Source: Carcharhinus longimanus (taxonomy: Eukaryota). From it: DNA of 64,000 nt. The notes under the pieces are model-generated. The model saw nothing but the letters and a program-made list of their open reading frames with translations. It had not been told where the DNA came from and made no database searches. The stretch spans positions 8,606,137 to 8,670,136 of the forward strand of contig JASCQW010000119.1 of the NCBI GenBank assembly GCA_030264375.1. Direction: 5' to 3'. Positions 14,051-27,689 of the stretch are shown here, piece by piece. Made by a program: the position numbers and the translations under genes. Each line of letters begins with the position of its first letter. The stretch's first letter is position 1.

Positions 14051-15199
14051 AAAATAGATGGAATAGTGCGCTTCCATGGGTCATGCCTGCCTCATACCTC
14101 TCTGATTGTAAGTTACATCTGTGGTGGTTCCCTTTTTCAGAAAAAAAAAACATCGTATAGGTACAGGTTGTTCTGCGCAATTATTTTATTTGCAAAAAAA
14201 AAGTAATATTAACCCTCACAGTTGATGGTCATGTACAAGATGTAATTCAAGAAGGGATTTTGTGAATTTCTCTGAAGTTGCACATTGCAAACATCAAGCC
14301 CACTTTGCCCCATTGTGGCAAGTGCAAACTTAGTTCAAAATGAGTTAGAAAATGTGGGTTGTTTATCATCTTTAAGGTCTTACTTGTGGCTGAAAGTTTG
14401 TTAAGTTTATATTATGTAGTCACTAGCACCAGGGCAGGAGCTTTCAAGAATAATTGATCTTAATTCATATTAAGCATTATGCAAACGATAATGAAATGAG
14501 AAACTCTATGCGGAACATCTCAAAACTATGGCGTCGATTTTGTGTGCTGTGTTGCAAGACGTTGACATATGTAGCAAAATATCTTTGGGAGCCCGGATTT
14601 TTGAGATGGAGCAGCGGATATGGTAAAATTGCTAGTGCATTTGCAAGGAATAAATGTTATGCATATTCATGTAGCCTCCAACTTCACAGGCAGTAAAGGA
14701 AGAGCGGACAGCTAGACTGATCAGGATGAATAGTCAGGCAGTGCTGGAGATCTTTGTGCCTATTTTTCACAAAATGTACATACAGCTTCGGATGGAATTG
14801 TGCGGAATGGTATCTGAATGGACAATGACAATGGCAGAATTTACTGTGTCATGATTGTCCCTATTGAACAGGGAAATAGTAAAATGTTTGGAAATGCAAC
14901 AGTTTTTTTCGGTGATAGAAAAGAAGCGGTAATAGATAAGCGTGTCTTTGTCTGCAAAATATATTCCAGGATGGTGTTGATGCCTCAATTGTCATGTGTT
15001 CATTCATGTTTGGAATGTTTTACAGGACATTGTGAAGAGTAAGGCACATTGGTTCAGATGAAATTTGCAAAACAAAAGACATTAGGTCCTAAAAGCATAA
15101 ATTAAAATGTTGATGCTGTCGAGAACAAAGACATAAAACATAATGATCTCAAAATACCAGCAAGTGGTACGTGCTAGTCAGAGTAGAAAAAATAAACCT

Positions 15200-16060
15200 C
15201 TGGGTCAGTGGGGGGTCTGGGGTTCGGGTTTAAGATTTGTGGGGCAGTGCGACTAATTCTCGGGAAGCTTGAAATAATGCAGGCTGGATTGGTTAAAGCT
15301 GGGCAGGGAATGTACTTATCTGTTACTGTGACCATGTTCATGAATGGATCCATTTTAAAAAATAAAATGGCAGGGGGAGTTTACTTACACAAGGAGTGAA
15401 AGGATGGGTCAGCAAAGAGAAGAAACAAAGTCGGTAAGGGAAATAACGATAGTGTTAGGTAGTGACATCACGGGCCAGAATCAAATGGGCCAAAAGGAAC
15501 ATGTCGTGGGAAACTGTTAGGTAATGTTTCAGATGCAAAACTTAAGGTGTTTCACCTTAATGCACGTAACATTCACAATCATGGATGACTTCATCATGTT
15601 AATATATGAAAATTGGTAGAATGTGACAGGCATTAGAAAAGTGTATCCATCGGTGGGAAATGGATTTCCGCTGATAGTCAATGATTAGGGACGACAACCA
15701 GAAAAAGAAAAGGCAGGTTTTCAACTCTGTTTAAAGTGGCATTTAAAACAACAATGAGAAATGATATTAGTTCCGAAGATCAAGAATCAATATGCATAGA
15801 TCTGCGAAACACGAAGTGGAAAAAAGTTTACTCGATTGTTAAAAAAAAATTACATTTAGTAGGGATGTTAAGAATTACAACATACAGTATAGTCAATGTG
15901 TATGCATGACGGAGCAACAATAATTTTAATCATTTTAACAGATTGAGGAAAGCAAGTTGCCACGATACCATATCAGAATATTTTCTAGAGTTTATACATT
16001 TCTGCTTCCTGAACTAATAAGTTGAAAAACAAAGTCGGAAACATGGAATCGGCGATTGAT
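15200..16060 (+). mobile_element. Decayed CR1 ORF1 end / endonuclease fragment
   Basis: cttaaggtgtttcaccttaatgcacgtaacatt (LNARSI-like start of the APE domain) at ~15541; gaatcaatatgcataga (ESIW.E-like) at ~15785. Confidence 0.65.
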
Positions 16061-16080
16061 TCATACATTACCACAGGGTT

Positions 16081-16420
16081 TCATCATAGAATCCCTACAG
16101 TGCAGAAGGAGGCCACGAGATCCATTGAGTCTGCAGTAACAATAATTCTACTCAGGGATTATCCACGTATCGTCACACATTTATCTTGCACGTCCCTGTA
16201 AGCTCCGCATCTCGGGACGCCACGGGACAATCTAGTACTGACCAATAAGTGCAACAAATGTTGTGCCTTGAGAGGAAACCGTAGCATCTGGAAAAAAATG
16301 CCAACACATTCACAAGGAGATGTTACGAACTTCACACGGACAATGACCAAATCCAGGAATCCAACCTAGTTCCTGGAGCTGTGAGGCAACAATGTTAATC
16401 CCTGCCCATTGTACCACCTG
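16081..16420 (-). mobile_element. Shark tRNA-derived SINE (HE1-like) with CR1-type tail
   Basis: tcatcatagaatccctacagtgcagaaggaggcca tail ... ggaatccaacctagttcctggagctgtgaggc head. Confidence 0.85.
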
Positions 16421-18700
16421 GTACCTTTGTTCTTGTTTCCTGATGGAAGAAGGTGGAATATAATTTATCTGTCCTTCCTTGATCCCTTCAATTTGTTGGA
16501 TGCATGCACCAAGCAGCGTTCTCTGTAGAGAGTGTCAACAGAAGGAAGAAGACAAAATTACTGTGGATGCTCTAATCTGAAAACAAAGAAGAAAAATGCA
16601 GGAAAATATCAACATATCTGGCAGAATCAGTCAGGAGAATACATAGCTGACTTTCGAATCCAGATGAAACTTTGTTCCATGGCCACATTTATTCCGATGA
16701 TGCCACTTCTCAAATTAATGCCTCTAATATGTGTTGCCTAACCTCCCCCCCGCCTCCCCCGGCAACCGCATTTCCCATCTCCAGTTGCTGACAATGATCA
16801 CAACAGCGTCCTGACCCTCACAACCTCGCTTCCCTTTCAGCACAAGGACAGAACAGCACTGGTTTTCACGTTGGACACTATTAGTCTTTGCATGCAAATC
16901 AAAATATCTCGAAATTTTCGACAACACCAGTGTGATGCCACCATTAAACACATTTTCCCTTCAGTCCCTCTGTCAGCATTCCACTGTGATCGTTCCTTAC
17001 GTTATAATTTAATCCACAACTCCATTATACTTAAGATCTCTCCCATCACTCATGACATCCGTCCATGCAATCGCAGAAGATGCAACACGTGCCTTCTTTA
17101 AATTTTCTACCCCGTTCATCCAATGTCCAAAACACTAATTCCAGGTTAAGCAACGTTGCAGTCGTACAACTTTCAATTTGATCTGTTGCATTCGCTGTCC
17201 CCAATTGTTGCAATGGTGGGCAGACGAAATGTAGGTAAGGTGATGGCTTTGTTGAGCACTATCTCTCGGCAGGCAATCATGGCCCTGAACTTCCCCTTGC
17301 TTGTCATTTTAACACAGGGTCCTGCTCATATGCCCGCATGTGAATCCTCGGCTTGCTGCAATGTTCCAGTGAAGCTCAACACAAACTGGAAGAAATGCTC
17401 ATCCTCATGTTCGGCATTTTTCAGCCTTCCGGTCTACAACGGCATTGGACATTTTGTTTTAATTTTATTTACCTTTTAACAATTTTTTTTTCATTTTATT
17501 TTTCATTGTCTTCCTTTATGTTTCCCGTTCCTGCAATGATTTCCATTTTTTTGTCTCCATCTCTTACACTTTTTCCAACTATGCTTCCGTTTTCCCTTTT
17601 ATTGCTGAATTTGAACACATCTTACTCATACCTCCAACTCCCGACATATTGTCTTTTGTCACAGCTTTCACTTTCATCTTCCCTGTCGTTTGAAAATTCA
17701 CAATTTCTATTTGCTCGATGGACAGCTATTGACACCCCGTAGCCTTTCACTAAGTTGTTGTGACTGTGACTCATCTGTGATTCACATGCCCTATACCTCA
17801 CAATTGTTTATGCCTTTTAGCTTTCAAAAAAAAAGTCATCTGGATTCGAAAACTCATTTTCTTTTTTTACACTTTACAGATGTTTCCTGACCTGCCGAGT
17901 GTTTGTAGCTTTTTTCTGCCGTTTTGATTCAACGGATGGGAACACGGTTGGTTTGATGAACTGGCCATTCGCAAGTTCTAGTTCATTTTGTTTCGGTCTT
18001 GGACAGAACACGAGTCACATCAAGGTGTGATATATCCAGAGATGATGCATTCTATGGTCTATCTCCGAACCTTCGTGAACATTGTAGCAGGCATGCCGAA
18101 TCTCCTTCAAATACTTAGAAATTAGAGACTAGGTATACGTTTGTTACCCTTCCGTCGGCATGGATTGGCAAAGACAAACTCGTGTCGATGTGACCACTAA
18201 ATACTGCAATCTCTCTCCAAGATTCGCTGCCTCCCCGTTGATGTAAAAAGTAACATTTTCTCCACTACAATTCCTGAGGTATTTGACTATCGCCTTAAGT
18301 GTCATTTAGTGACATTGCGGGAGACGTTATTGCCAACACACCAATTCGCCAGATGTTCTATATCTTTCGTCAAACCTGCTTCATAATTTGTGTTTCGGAC
18401 TGGCCCATTATGGTGATGCCATCAACAATTTTGACCGTCGATTTACTGGAGAATTTGGCCACACACTCAAAGTTGTTTCAGTTGTAGGGAAAGGGGCTGA
18501 GGAAACAGTCTTGTGGATAACCAGTTTATGGACAGTACTGGTGGAATTGTTGTTGTCTATCAATATGAATGTTGGCCAGTGGATTGTGGAGACTTTGATT
18601 CAGTTCATAGGGAATAGAAACTGTATCCACAATGTCAACACTCAGTTTGAGCATCATCTTGCACTTATCGCAATTTTACGGAAAGGCTGATGTTCCGAGC
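16420..18700 (-). mobile_element. Decayed Rex1/Babar-like LINE split by a Penelope insertion
   Basis: 16420-16550 and 17930-18700 are colinear with the better-preserved copy at 30195-31015. Confidence 0.7.
16555..17930 (+). mobile_element. Penelope-like element (GIY-YIG remnant, inverted terminal repeats)
   Basis: ttgatctgttgcattcgctgtccccaa...gggcagacgaaa (LIYCIRC..C...YIGET-like) ~17180-17230; ends are roughly reverse complements. Confidence 0.8.
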
Positions 18701-19314
18701 TGGAAAGTCTCCTGAGCAGCAATGCAAATTGAAATAATCATGGAGCCTCTACTCTCAGTGCTCATAGATGGAGATAACCACTAGTGATGATACGAGGAAT
18801 GAACAGGAGATCAAGGTGACACTAGCCTTATAGGTCGGCGCACATAATTATTTCAGGAAATTATAATCTGTAATGGAAAAGAGGATAGCATGTGTTTAGG
18901 TGATGTCAACATGTCACCTACATTTTTTTAGACCATACGAGAAAAAAAATGTCTCTACTCAAGCTTACACAATTATTAAACGAGGCGAGCCTGAATGTTA
19001 ATAAGCTCCTGAAAAGAGTGAGGCAACTAGGACTGAGATGAGGGAAAATAAAAATTGCGCTCGATAATTCTCAACCACGTTGCTCAGGTTGACAATTTGA
19101 CGTATACATTCCCGTCTGTAGCTTTACGATACTTGAGAATCACACAAAATATTGAATTATTAGGATGTTGCAGTTGATTGTTGAATGCATCAAAAAGCTG
19201 AAGGGTCTTCCTATCGTTCCGTTTCTTTTCATTTTGTGTTTTAAAGTAAGAAATGATAAAGTCAAATATGCATAGAATTCTGGCTTAACGTCATTCCATT
19301 TTAATTATTTATAG

Positions 19315-19350
19315 AGTTAAAGGGACTCAAAGAAGGAGGAGCAAAAAAAG
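19315..19350 (+). CDS. 36-nt micro-exon, ELKGLKEGGAKK
   Basis: attatttatag|AGTTAAAGGGACTCAAAGAAGGAGGAGCAAAAAAAG|gttaag; weaker donor, but fits the 27-27-36 period. Confidence 0.65.
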
Positions 19351-19979
19351 GTTAAGATGAGGTTTTGATGAATATAACTTTAATGTCGTGTCTACTGTTT
19401 CTGACCATGCAATGCATATAGTGATAGCACACCAAGGAAGGAAGTGAATGAAACATTGACGGTGAGTGTTGGTTTAGCATTCTACAACGGAAAAAAAATA
19501 TATACATATTTAACTTGGGCCGTTGCCTGTCACCCACAACCTTCTTTATGAATATAACTGTCTAAAAATCTGGAAACTCCGTTACTGCTCTGTGTCACCA
19601 TGTAGAACCCACCATTATCTTTGGCAGAAATAGATTTCACTCTCCTAACAAGTAAGGATGAACTGTTCAAAAGGCAGGGTTTTGCTGAACGAGATTTTAT
19701 CCCTTTGCGAACATTGTGCACCAGTATTTGGTTCAAATTATTTTCCCCCATGGTCAACCGACTTTGCAACAGATTTCTTACCATGTTTCTCTTTGAGTCA
19801 GAGCATCGACATCTGAGAAAACGACGGGTGTTTCTGCACGATTTTGCGAACTGTTTCCAAACATTGAACTGTTTTTTTTTTCAGAGGTAATCACTTCTGC
19901 AACTTAAGAAACTGAGAACAATTTCAGGAGTTTGTCATCCAAATAATCTCAGGTTTATTTCTTAATTATCATTAGAACC

Positions 19980-22170
19980 CTGTCGTGAAAGAGCAAATCA
20001 TGACTTTTTTTTGAGGAATAGGGCAGGCTGTGTGACTGAATTGATGTTGGGTGACAACGTTGAGACCAATGACCATAGTCCCAATAATTTTAAAGTAGTT
20101 AGCGGAAGGGTCAAAACTGGTACACTGGTGCAAATCTAAATTAGGACAAGATGAAATGTAACTAAATTATGCAGAAAATTGGAAAAGTTGCCTGACGTAG
20201 CCTGATTGACGGCAAAAGGAGGAGTTCTTAAACAGTGAAAAATCAAGAGTTCAAGGTCCATATGTTCATTTTCGCTTGAAGTGCAAGGCTCGCAGGAGTA
20301 GGGAACCATGGATGACAACATAATGAGGCTTGGGACAGGAACAAAACATAAGGTGTTATGGCTCGGGGAGCAAAAGCTGGAATCATGGGATGTTCCCTGG
20401 TGAAGGAGAGCAGACATAGGAATGCTCTCAATAAGGATTTTAGAAGGACAGCAGGGGGCACGATTTAACATTGGCTGAGACATTTATGGTGAATCAAAAG
20501 GCTAATTTAAGTAGAATAGGGGAAAAGTAAAATAACTCGAGTTGCAATCGGATCCCTCAAAGACCAGAGCTGACACATATGTTTAGCAGCAGCAGACAGG
20601 AGAGGCTTTCAATAAATGTGTCTCCACTGTGTTCATCATGAAAAAATACATGACGACATTGACACCTGGAAAAGTTAGTGATGATATATTCGGGGCAGCT
20701 CACAGTAAAATAGAGAAAATGATGGGTGTATCAACATGTATGAAGTTGGATGAATCTCCTGGTCCCGCCCAGGTACATCCAGGAACACTGCATGAGGCTA
20801 GAAAATAAATTGACTGGGACCTGACGAAGATATTTGAATCATCATTCGCCATGGATGAGAATCCAAAAAAAGTGAGGTAGCACATGTTGCGCCTTTATTT
20901 CAGAAGGCCTGCAAAGACAAACCTGGGAATTATTGACTGGTAAGCCGAACAATGTGGTGGGTAAGTAACTAGAGAGGATTCTGAGGGGTAAGGGGTACAG
21001 GCATTTGCAAAGACAGGGTTCGACTCGGACTTTGTAACAGTTAACAAATATGTTGATGAGGGAAGGGCGGTAGACAAAGTCTATACAGACTTTAGATATA
21101 GTCCTACATGGTGGCTACTCCAGAAGATCGGATCACATGAAATCTTTGGAGAACTAATAAATAGGATGTACAATTGATTGATAGTCGGAAGCTGAAGGTT
21201 ATGGTGGAAGGATGCTTGTCGGATTGGTGGCCTGTGACTCGGCGTGTGCCACAGGGGTCAGGGCTGGGTCCATTGCAGTTTGTTATCTGTGTCAACGATT
21301 TGGATGTAAATGTACAGGGCATAAACAACATGTTTGCAGATGACATAAATCGAGGTGGTACGTAAGAAAGTATGGTGTATTATCAAAGATCTTACCAATA
21401 TGTCGTTCAGCTGGGGAAGTGAACCGAAACACAGCTAATGGTTAGCAATAAAGTTAAGTGTGGGAAGTTGCATTTTGTAAATTAAAATTAGGTAGAACTT
21501 TCACAGTGAATGCCAGGCCCTGAGGGAGTATTGTGGATCAGCTGTGTGTTGGAACTCAGGTGTACAGTTCTCTAAAGGTGGAGTTTCAGGTAGATAGGAC
21601 AATGAAGTTTGCTGGTCTTCAGTAAAAGTATTGAGCATACAAGTTGGGCAATTAGGTTACAGATGTATTGGATTGTGGTGAGGCCGCACCTGGAGTATTT
21701 CTTTTTTTCAGTTTTGGTTGACTTGCAATAGGAAACATACTATAAACATGGAGAGACTGCGACAGTGATTTCCCAATACGTTACAAGGATTGAAGCAATT
21801 ATGTTACAGGGAGAAATTGGACAGGGTAGGCATTTTGCAAGATCATGAAAAGCATGAAAGGGGTGAATGCATTCAATATTTTCCTAGGATGGGATAATCA
21901 TCAATTAGGGGCCAGAGGTTTAATTTTAGAAGGTAAACTGAAGTGCAAATATTTTACGCAGATAGCGGCACGTGTGTGCAATGAGCTGCCACAGGAAATC
22001 GGGGCAGGGACATTGACAACATTTAAAAGGGATTTAGACATATACATGGAAAAGTGAGGTTTAGAAGGATATGGGCCAAATGAAGGCAACTGAGTTTAGC
22101 GTAGATGTACTTTTTGGTTGGCATGTGCCAACTTGAACCGAGTAAGCTGTCTGTGTTCTATAGGTCCTGT
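19980..22170 (+). mobile_element. Decayed CR1 LINE ORF2 and 3' UTR
   Basis: ORF 21174-21365 W.PVTRRVPQGSGLGPLQFVICVNDLD...MFADD; ORF 21845-22057 NELPQE...TFKRDLDIYM. Confidence 0.93.
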
Positions 22171-22520
22171 GATTCATAAAATTGCAACCAAATAATTATC
22201 TGCTATTTTATGCTATCTCATAATTTAAGTTCGCTGCAGGAGACTGATGTAGGAAACACAAAGTTTTACACGCAGATCCATTTACACAGCTGATATTTAT
22301 TAAGCAAGATCATCAAGGAATTTATTGTGGCAGCAATATTTACCTGCATTATCTGTGCCTGCGTGTTATTTCCAAATCTGGAGGTTATGATATTAATAAA
22401 TTGTTGCTTTCAGTTATATAATACAAATTTAAGCATTTCTTTCCAAAATTGTCATTACTTTTATTCATTAGATGTTGCATCTGAATTTTAGTCAGTTTCT
22501 CATGAAGTGATTTATTGTAG

Positions 22521-22547
22521 AGAATGAACTAACTCGTTGTGAAAAAC
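22521..22547 (+). CDS. 27-nt micro-exon, ENELTRCEK
   Basis: tttattgtag|AGAATGAACTAACTCGTTGTGAAAAAC|gtaagt; resembles 5140 exon (E-x-x-L-x-x-C). Confidence 0.85.
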
Positions 22548-22671
22548 GTAAGTATATGCCTCTACTTTACGTTTGACTTCTCATATTGCCTTGAAACATC
22601 AACATCAACATTTTTAGATTTGTTCTCCGTTTCGAGTGGATCGGTTACATTTCATTAATTATTGCCCATAG

Positions 22672-22698
22672 GCGATGACTTCGATAATAAATACAAAG
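22672..22698 (+). CDS. 27-nt micro-exon, RDDFDNKYK
   Basis: attgcccatag|GCGATGACTTCGATAATAAATACAAAG|gtgaga. Confidence 0.85.
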
Positions 22699-23291
22699 GT
22701 GAGAAAACATACTTAAAACAATAACAGGATGTTCCACCTGCATTTCTCGTTTTATTGAAAGGCTCAGACATGGTGTTCTGGGCACAATATTACATGTATT
22801 AACTCAGATGCACCGCTCCATTTCAATGTGAAAATTCGAAATGTGGATTAAAATACACGGCAGCAGGTAGCCAATCATGTGCTTATGGAAATAAATGTAG
22901 AATTTGCATTGCATTGCAGACTGGAGAATTACAGACAAATGCTTCGGTCCCCATTCGAGAGACTCCGATAATGTTATTGGTCGCAGCAAAGCGGAGGTCA
23001 ACTATTTCGGGGTTCCAAGGATGAAGGTTTGTTTGAGGAATATAAAAGTCAAAACGGTGGCACAGCGGTTAGCGCTACTGACTCAAATTGGATGTCTCTG
23101 TGTGCTGGATTTATAAACTATTGATAATGCATGCTCCTTACTCTGCACATATCAAATGAAATGTCATACACAATAAGTCAATGGACTTATGCAAAATGAA
23201 TGGATGTAGCAAGGTATTTCTTTGGGCACAACCACATGATTATTAGTGTTACAATGCTGATAAGTTCCAACTCATAATTGTTTCCTTGCAG

Positions 23292-23318
23292 AACTCGAGA
23301 ATCTTGTTGAGAAATTGA
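23292..23318 (+). CDS. 27-nt micro-exon, ELENLVEKL
   Basis: tttccttgcag|AACTCGAGAATCTTGTTGAGAAATTGA|gtaagt. Confidence 0.85.
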   Translation, partial: NSRILLRN

Positions 23319-23861
23319 GTAAGTAGCATATTGTAATTCCCTCGCAGCGGAGAGTGGTACTCTACAGTGTAAGAAAATATGTATTTGTAATCAAAATACA
23401 CCAGGAGAACTTAAGGCCCAAAAAAAATTGTTCAACTAACGCATGATTGATTGCAGGGTTAATTCTAGATAGGATATGTTCCGAAACATATTCACCATGT
23501 TGAAATATGCACTAACTCTCACTGATTGGGCTGTACGTGATCGTTTCTTTGCACATTTTATACCTTTCGAACTTATTTTGCATACTATTCCAGCCGTCGT
23601 TTTTAACCTTCGAGGAGTATGAATTTAAGTTATCATGTATAAATGTGAGGAATAAATCAGTTTCTTTCCGATGATAATACGTGAAATATAACATTTTAGA
23701 AAACAATCAGCGTCAGTAAATGCTTTAGCGTGTGGCTACAAAAATGGTGCACTGAGCCTAAAGACAAAATTAACGTAAATGATAACCAAAAAAAGGTAGA
23801 TGATGGTTGTTCCGTCTGTGCTAAATTAGATGGTTTAAACATAGGACAACATGGTAGCTCG

Positions 23862-24150
23862 AGCAGCACGGCGCAGTGTGGTTTGCGTTGCTGCCAAAGA
23901 ACACCTGTGACACAAGTCAGATTCTTTGCAGGTCTCAGTCTGTGCCGAGTCTGCACGTTCTTCCCATGCGTGTGTATGTTTCCTCTGATTCGATAGATTC
24001 ACTTCCACCGTCCAAAATGCTTTCTGGTTAGATGCATTGGATATGCTAATTCTACCAGAGAGTTTACGAAAGCTCTGGAGTGCAGAAACGAGAGGTTTTT
24101 CACAGTAACTAAAATTGAGCGCAAATGAAAGCCTGCTTGTGACGCCAATA
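23862..24150 (+). mobile_element. Decayed shark SINE
   Basis: gcagcacggcgcagtgtggtt head; gagtctgcacgttcttcccatgc core; ttttcacagtaact...cttgtgac tail. Confidence 0.8.
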
Positions 24151-26310
24151 ACGAAAGTAACATGTTGAAAACATCGAATGCACAAAAATATTTTTAATAG
24201 ATTCAATACATGAAATCACTTGCCAAGATGTCGCGGTACCCTTGGTCAGGCACACGGATTCTGACTTAGTGAATAATGCAACGTTGCAGAATAAACATGT
24301 GTGCAGTAACTGGACGACTGTCAAAAGTATAATCCCATCAGATGCTATGAGGTCTTTTTCTGAATCTTGCGAACTAAGGAGAATGCATTGTGGAAAAAAA
24401 AATAGTGGATTAATCAGTGGAGTAGTGGGAACGTGAGTAAATGTGGAATCGGTGTTGCTCCAGAGGGTAAACAATCGGAATCCATATAACCTCAAATGAG
24501 CTGCAATTATGGGCTCCACATTTCAGCACCTACTTTGCATAGTTTAAATTATTGTCCTCGAAGTTGTTGTCAGAACGCTGGTTTTGTTCCGCAAGTGGTA
24601 CGAGCTTGTGCTTCCACACAGAGCATAAGATACCCAAACTTAAAAAAAAATCATCTGTTGGTGAAATGTTCCGGAACAACACCGAGAAACTCGCGAAGAA
24701 AAAAAAAACTGCTATACATGCATCTATGATATGGAACTTCCTGTAACTTTGTCTAAGCGTGTGATACATTGACCCATAAAATAATGGGAGAGTTTGTCAG
24801 TAACAACATAAGTTTATAAATGTTAAGCGATTGCGTTGAAAACTTCAGTCTGCTTTGATTTTCCCGTAAATGAGCGGAAACCAGTCCATACAGTGCATTT
24901 TCACTTTCAGACAATCTTAACCGACGATTCCAACTCGACAGTGTAATTATGTTTGAAGTGACTGTCAAAATAGAAATTATTAGAATAAATAGTTACAGAA
25001 TATATAATTTATTCTCATCCATGCAGGCCCTGATGAAGTGCAAAGTGGAAAGATCAGTTCTTGGCCACAGATATTCACAATTTGAATCAATAATGTTGAG
25101 TTAGGGCAAAATACATTATCTCTAAACATTTTGCCGGCAACTAATTTGTTGGTGCCATGCTTTGAAGGAAAACAATGGAAAGGTTCTTAAAAGGATCTTA
25201 ACTATAAGATACTAATTGCATAGGATGTAGTGACAACACTTGACAATTTTGCCCATCCATCGTGCGTGACTAAGTTATTAGGACATGACTGAAGTTACAA
25301 AGATCTTTCGGCCTTCTGTCCATAATCAGAATTTTTCCAGTTCATAAAAGAGTCCATATCAGCCTTGTACTTGTTCGACAGCTGAATCTCCTCAGCTTGT
25401 TCGGGTTATTAAAAAAAAACAAGTGGAGACTGATCACTTTTTCAGAGAATTAGCTTTTCATTAAAACTGCAATACACGAGTGTTGTCTTATCCTCCGATG
25501 GTCCTAGACACCCCGATTAGGTGACGCCATATAATACTGGTGTTTTCAATGCAGTTCGAATTCAAAAATTCACATCATTCCCACTCAATCGTGAAAAAGC
25601 ACATTAATTTAAATCCGGAATTAAACATCTTATCGTGACCATGGGACGATTGTTAACGTTTCTAATAATATAGAACGTTCACTAATAACATTGGCCGACT
25701 TAGAAATGACACATTTACTTAGCCTGAACTACGTTGACACGAGGTTCACAACAATGTGTCTGTCCTTTATGTTCCCTCGGAAATGGTCTGACAAAGCTTT
25801 TGGTTGGAGAGGAAATGGGAATGGGAATTATGTAGTATGGCATCTACTGGCACTCCCGTCCCACGAAAACGAAAAACAAAATCCCTCAAAATTTGTCTAT
25901 ACATACTCCGAAAAACACTTCCCAAGAATAATTTCTCTGATATTTCTGAATTCCCAGCCGAAAACAAAATGCAGATTTTTCCCCCAATTTTTCAAACTCT
26001 CTAAAACGCGCTTATTTGATTGTTTGACTATTCACTGTGGTTGACCAGCAGGGTAAGTATAATGCTTTAAGCAATTAGGTTATGGTTAACGCCACTATTG
26101 GTGCAGGCTTGAAAGCAATAACATTCTGCAATTTAGGGATGATACTTTTCAATGATACATGTTGATTGGATTTGTATCCGAGTGTTGGAAAATAATGTGG
26201 AATTAATTGGGGGTGCAGGTGGGGAGTGGGGGGTGAGGGGGAAACGGTGATAGGGACAACTGGTTGCCGGGCAAGCAGACCGCCCGGGGGGGGGGGGGTT
26301 TCTAATGCAG

Positions 26311-26336
26311 AAAATGCATCCGCGCACAAGAAATTG
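26311..26336 (+). CDS. 26-nt micro-exon candidate, one base short of 27; KKCIRAQEI if an A is missing from the leading A-run
   Basis: tttctaatgcag|AAAATGCATCCGCGCACAAGAAATTG|gtaagt; sits where a Cys-containing 27-mer is expected; frameshifting as assembled. Confidence 0.5.
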
Positions 26337-27504
26337 GTAAGTGTTGCTTTCTGATGATGTCGAGACAATTGTGTTCATGATTCAGTGTCAAGAACCGTGT
26401 TGTTCTGGCAAGTGAGAAGGAAAATACCATGATTGACTTCATTTCAGATGAAATTCAGACTAAATTAAGGAGGTTCAGCAACTGTGCAGAGACTTGGGGA
26501 CATAACAGATAAAACCATATCGGTAAATTTGCATGATATCTTCAGTAGGAAAACATTTTGCATAAATGGAAGGGCAATAAATTCTGACTGAATATGCCTG
26601 TCATGCCATCTTTGGCGCAGGGTTCAGAGGCAGGTCAATTATTCTGGCACATTTTGATAAATGAGGGAACATAATTTAGTGCCAAACCATATTTTCACTT
26701 GGCTCTGGTGATGAGTCTGTCGAATAACGCAGGCCCTGTTTGTAAATATTAGACGCATGATCCACATTATCAGATACAGAGATGTCATTTTTTTTCAATG
26801 AGAAACAGTTTGTGTTTTGTTTTCTTCGATTGGGAGGGCTGTAGGTGTTCAACCCTGGAAGCACTCAAAAGAGAGATGCGTCTCCATTTTTTTTTTAAAT
26901 GATAATAAAGACGTATCATTAGTTATATGAGCAGCAATAAACATGGCTTTGAAGGAGATCAGCCGCAAACTAGCTGAATAGTGGAACAAGTCACCCAACA
27001 GAATGGCTGACAACTGCCCATCTTTTTATATATTTTTTTTAAACAAAAGTAGCCTTTCATCAACGACAGATGAGTGTAGTTGCATGCATAAAATGTTACA
27101 ATGTAAAAAGAAAAGGTGTTACATGAAAACAATAACGATGTAGATAACAAAAATCCTATTATTATTGTTATCCTCATCATTAGTATTAATCAACAAGTCT
27201 TTACTATTTTTTTTCCACGAAATTGTTTGCAATGATTAATGGTATTGGGATGAAGACTTGATGGTGAGCACATTATAGATTGTTGGTCGATTTAACAAAA
27301 CATGAGTGTAGCACTCCCGTTTTCTGCAGAGACAAAATATACCATGTCGGCTGAATCAGTCCTATTATTGCCTCTTTTTAGTGAATAACATGTGAATAAT
27401 TCTCTAAGCCTTTGAATTATCAAAGTCCATGGGTCAGATTGACTTGGTACTAATGCATAATCAAATACTATTTTTGTTCTGAAACTGACCGAAAATAAAC
27501 ATCT

Positions 27505-27582
27505 TTCTTCTTCTTCTTCTTCTTCTTCTTCTTCTTCTTCTTCTTCTTCTTCTTCTTCTTCTTCTTCTTCTTCTTCTTCTTC
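27505..27582. repeat. Perfect (TTC)n microsatellite, ~26 units
   Basis: Direct reading; source of the poly-Lys ORF 27468-27680. Confidence 0.98.
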
Positions 27583-27662
27583 CTTCCTTTTTTGAAGAAG
27601 AATAATTCAATTTTGATGATAATTAAGATGACCATCACTTTGCTTGTGGCATTTCTTTCAAG

Positions 27663-27689
27663 CTTCATTATTACTACCAAAAGAGAAAG
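27663..27689 (+). CDS. 27-nt micro-exon, (A/T)SLLLPKEK
   Basis: atttctttcaag|CTTCATTATTACTACCAAAAGAGAAAG|gtaact; paralog of 47837 exon ASKLLAKEK. Confidence 0.8.

Noticed and set aside
24406-24432. 27-nt AG..GT segment before gtgagt
   Set aside because: Purine-rich acceptor and TAA in phase 1; shows that chance 27-mers occur.
27468-27680. Poly-lysine ORF
   Set aside because: Translation of the (TTC)n microsatellite.
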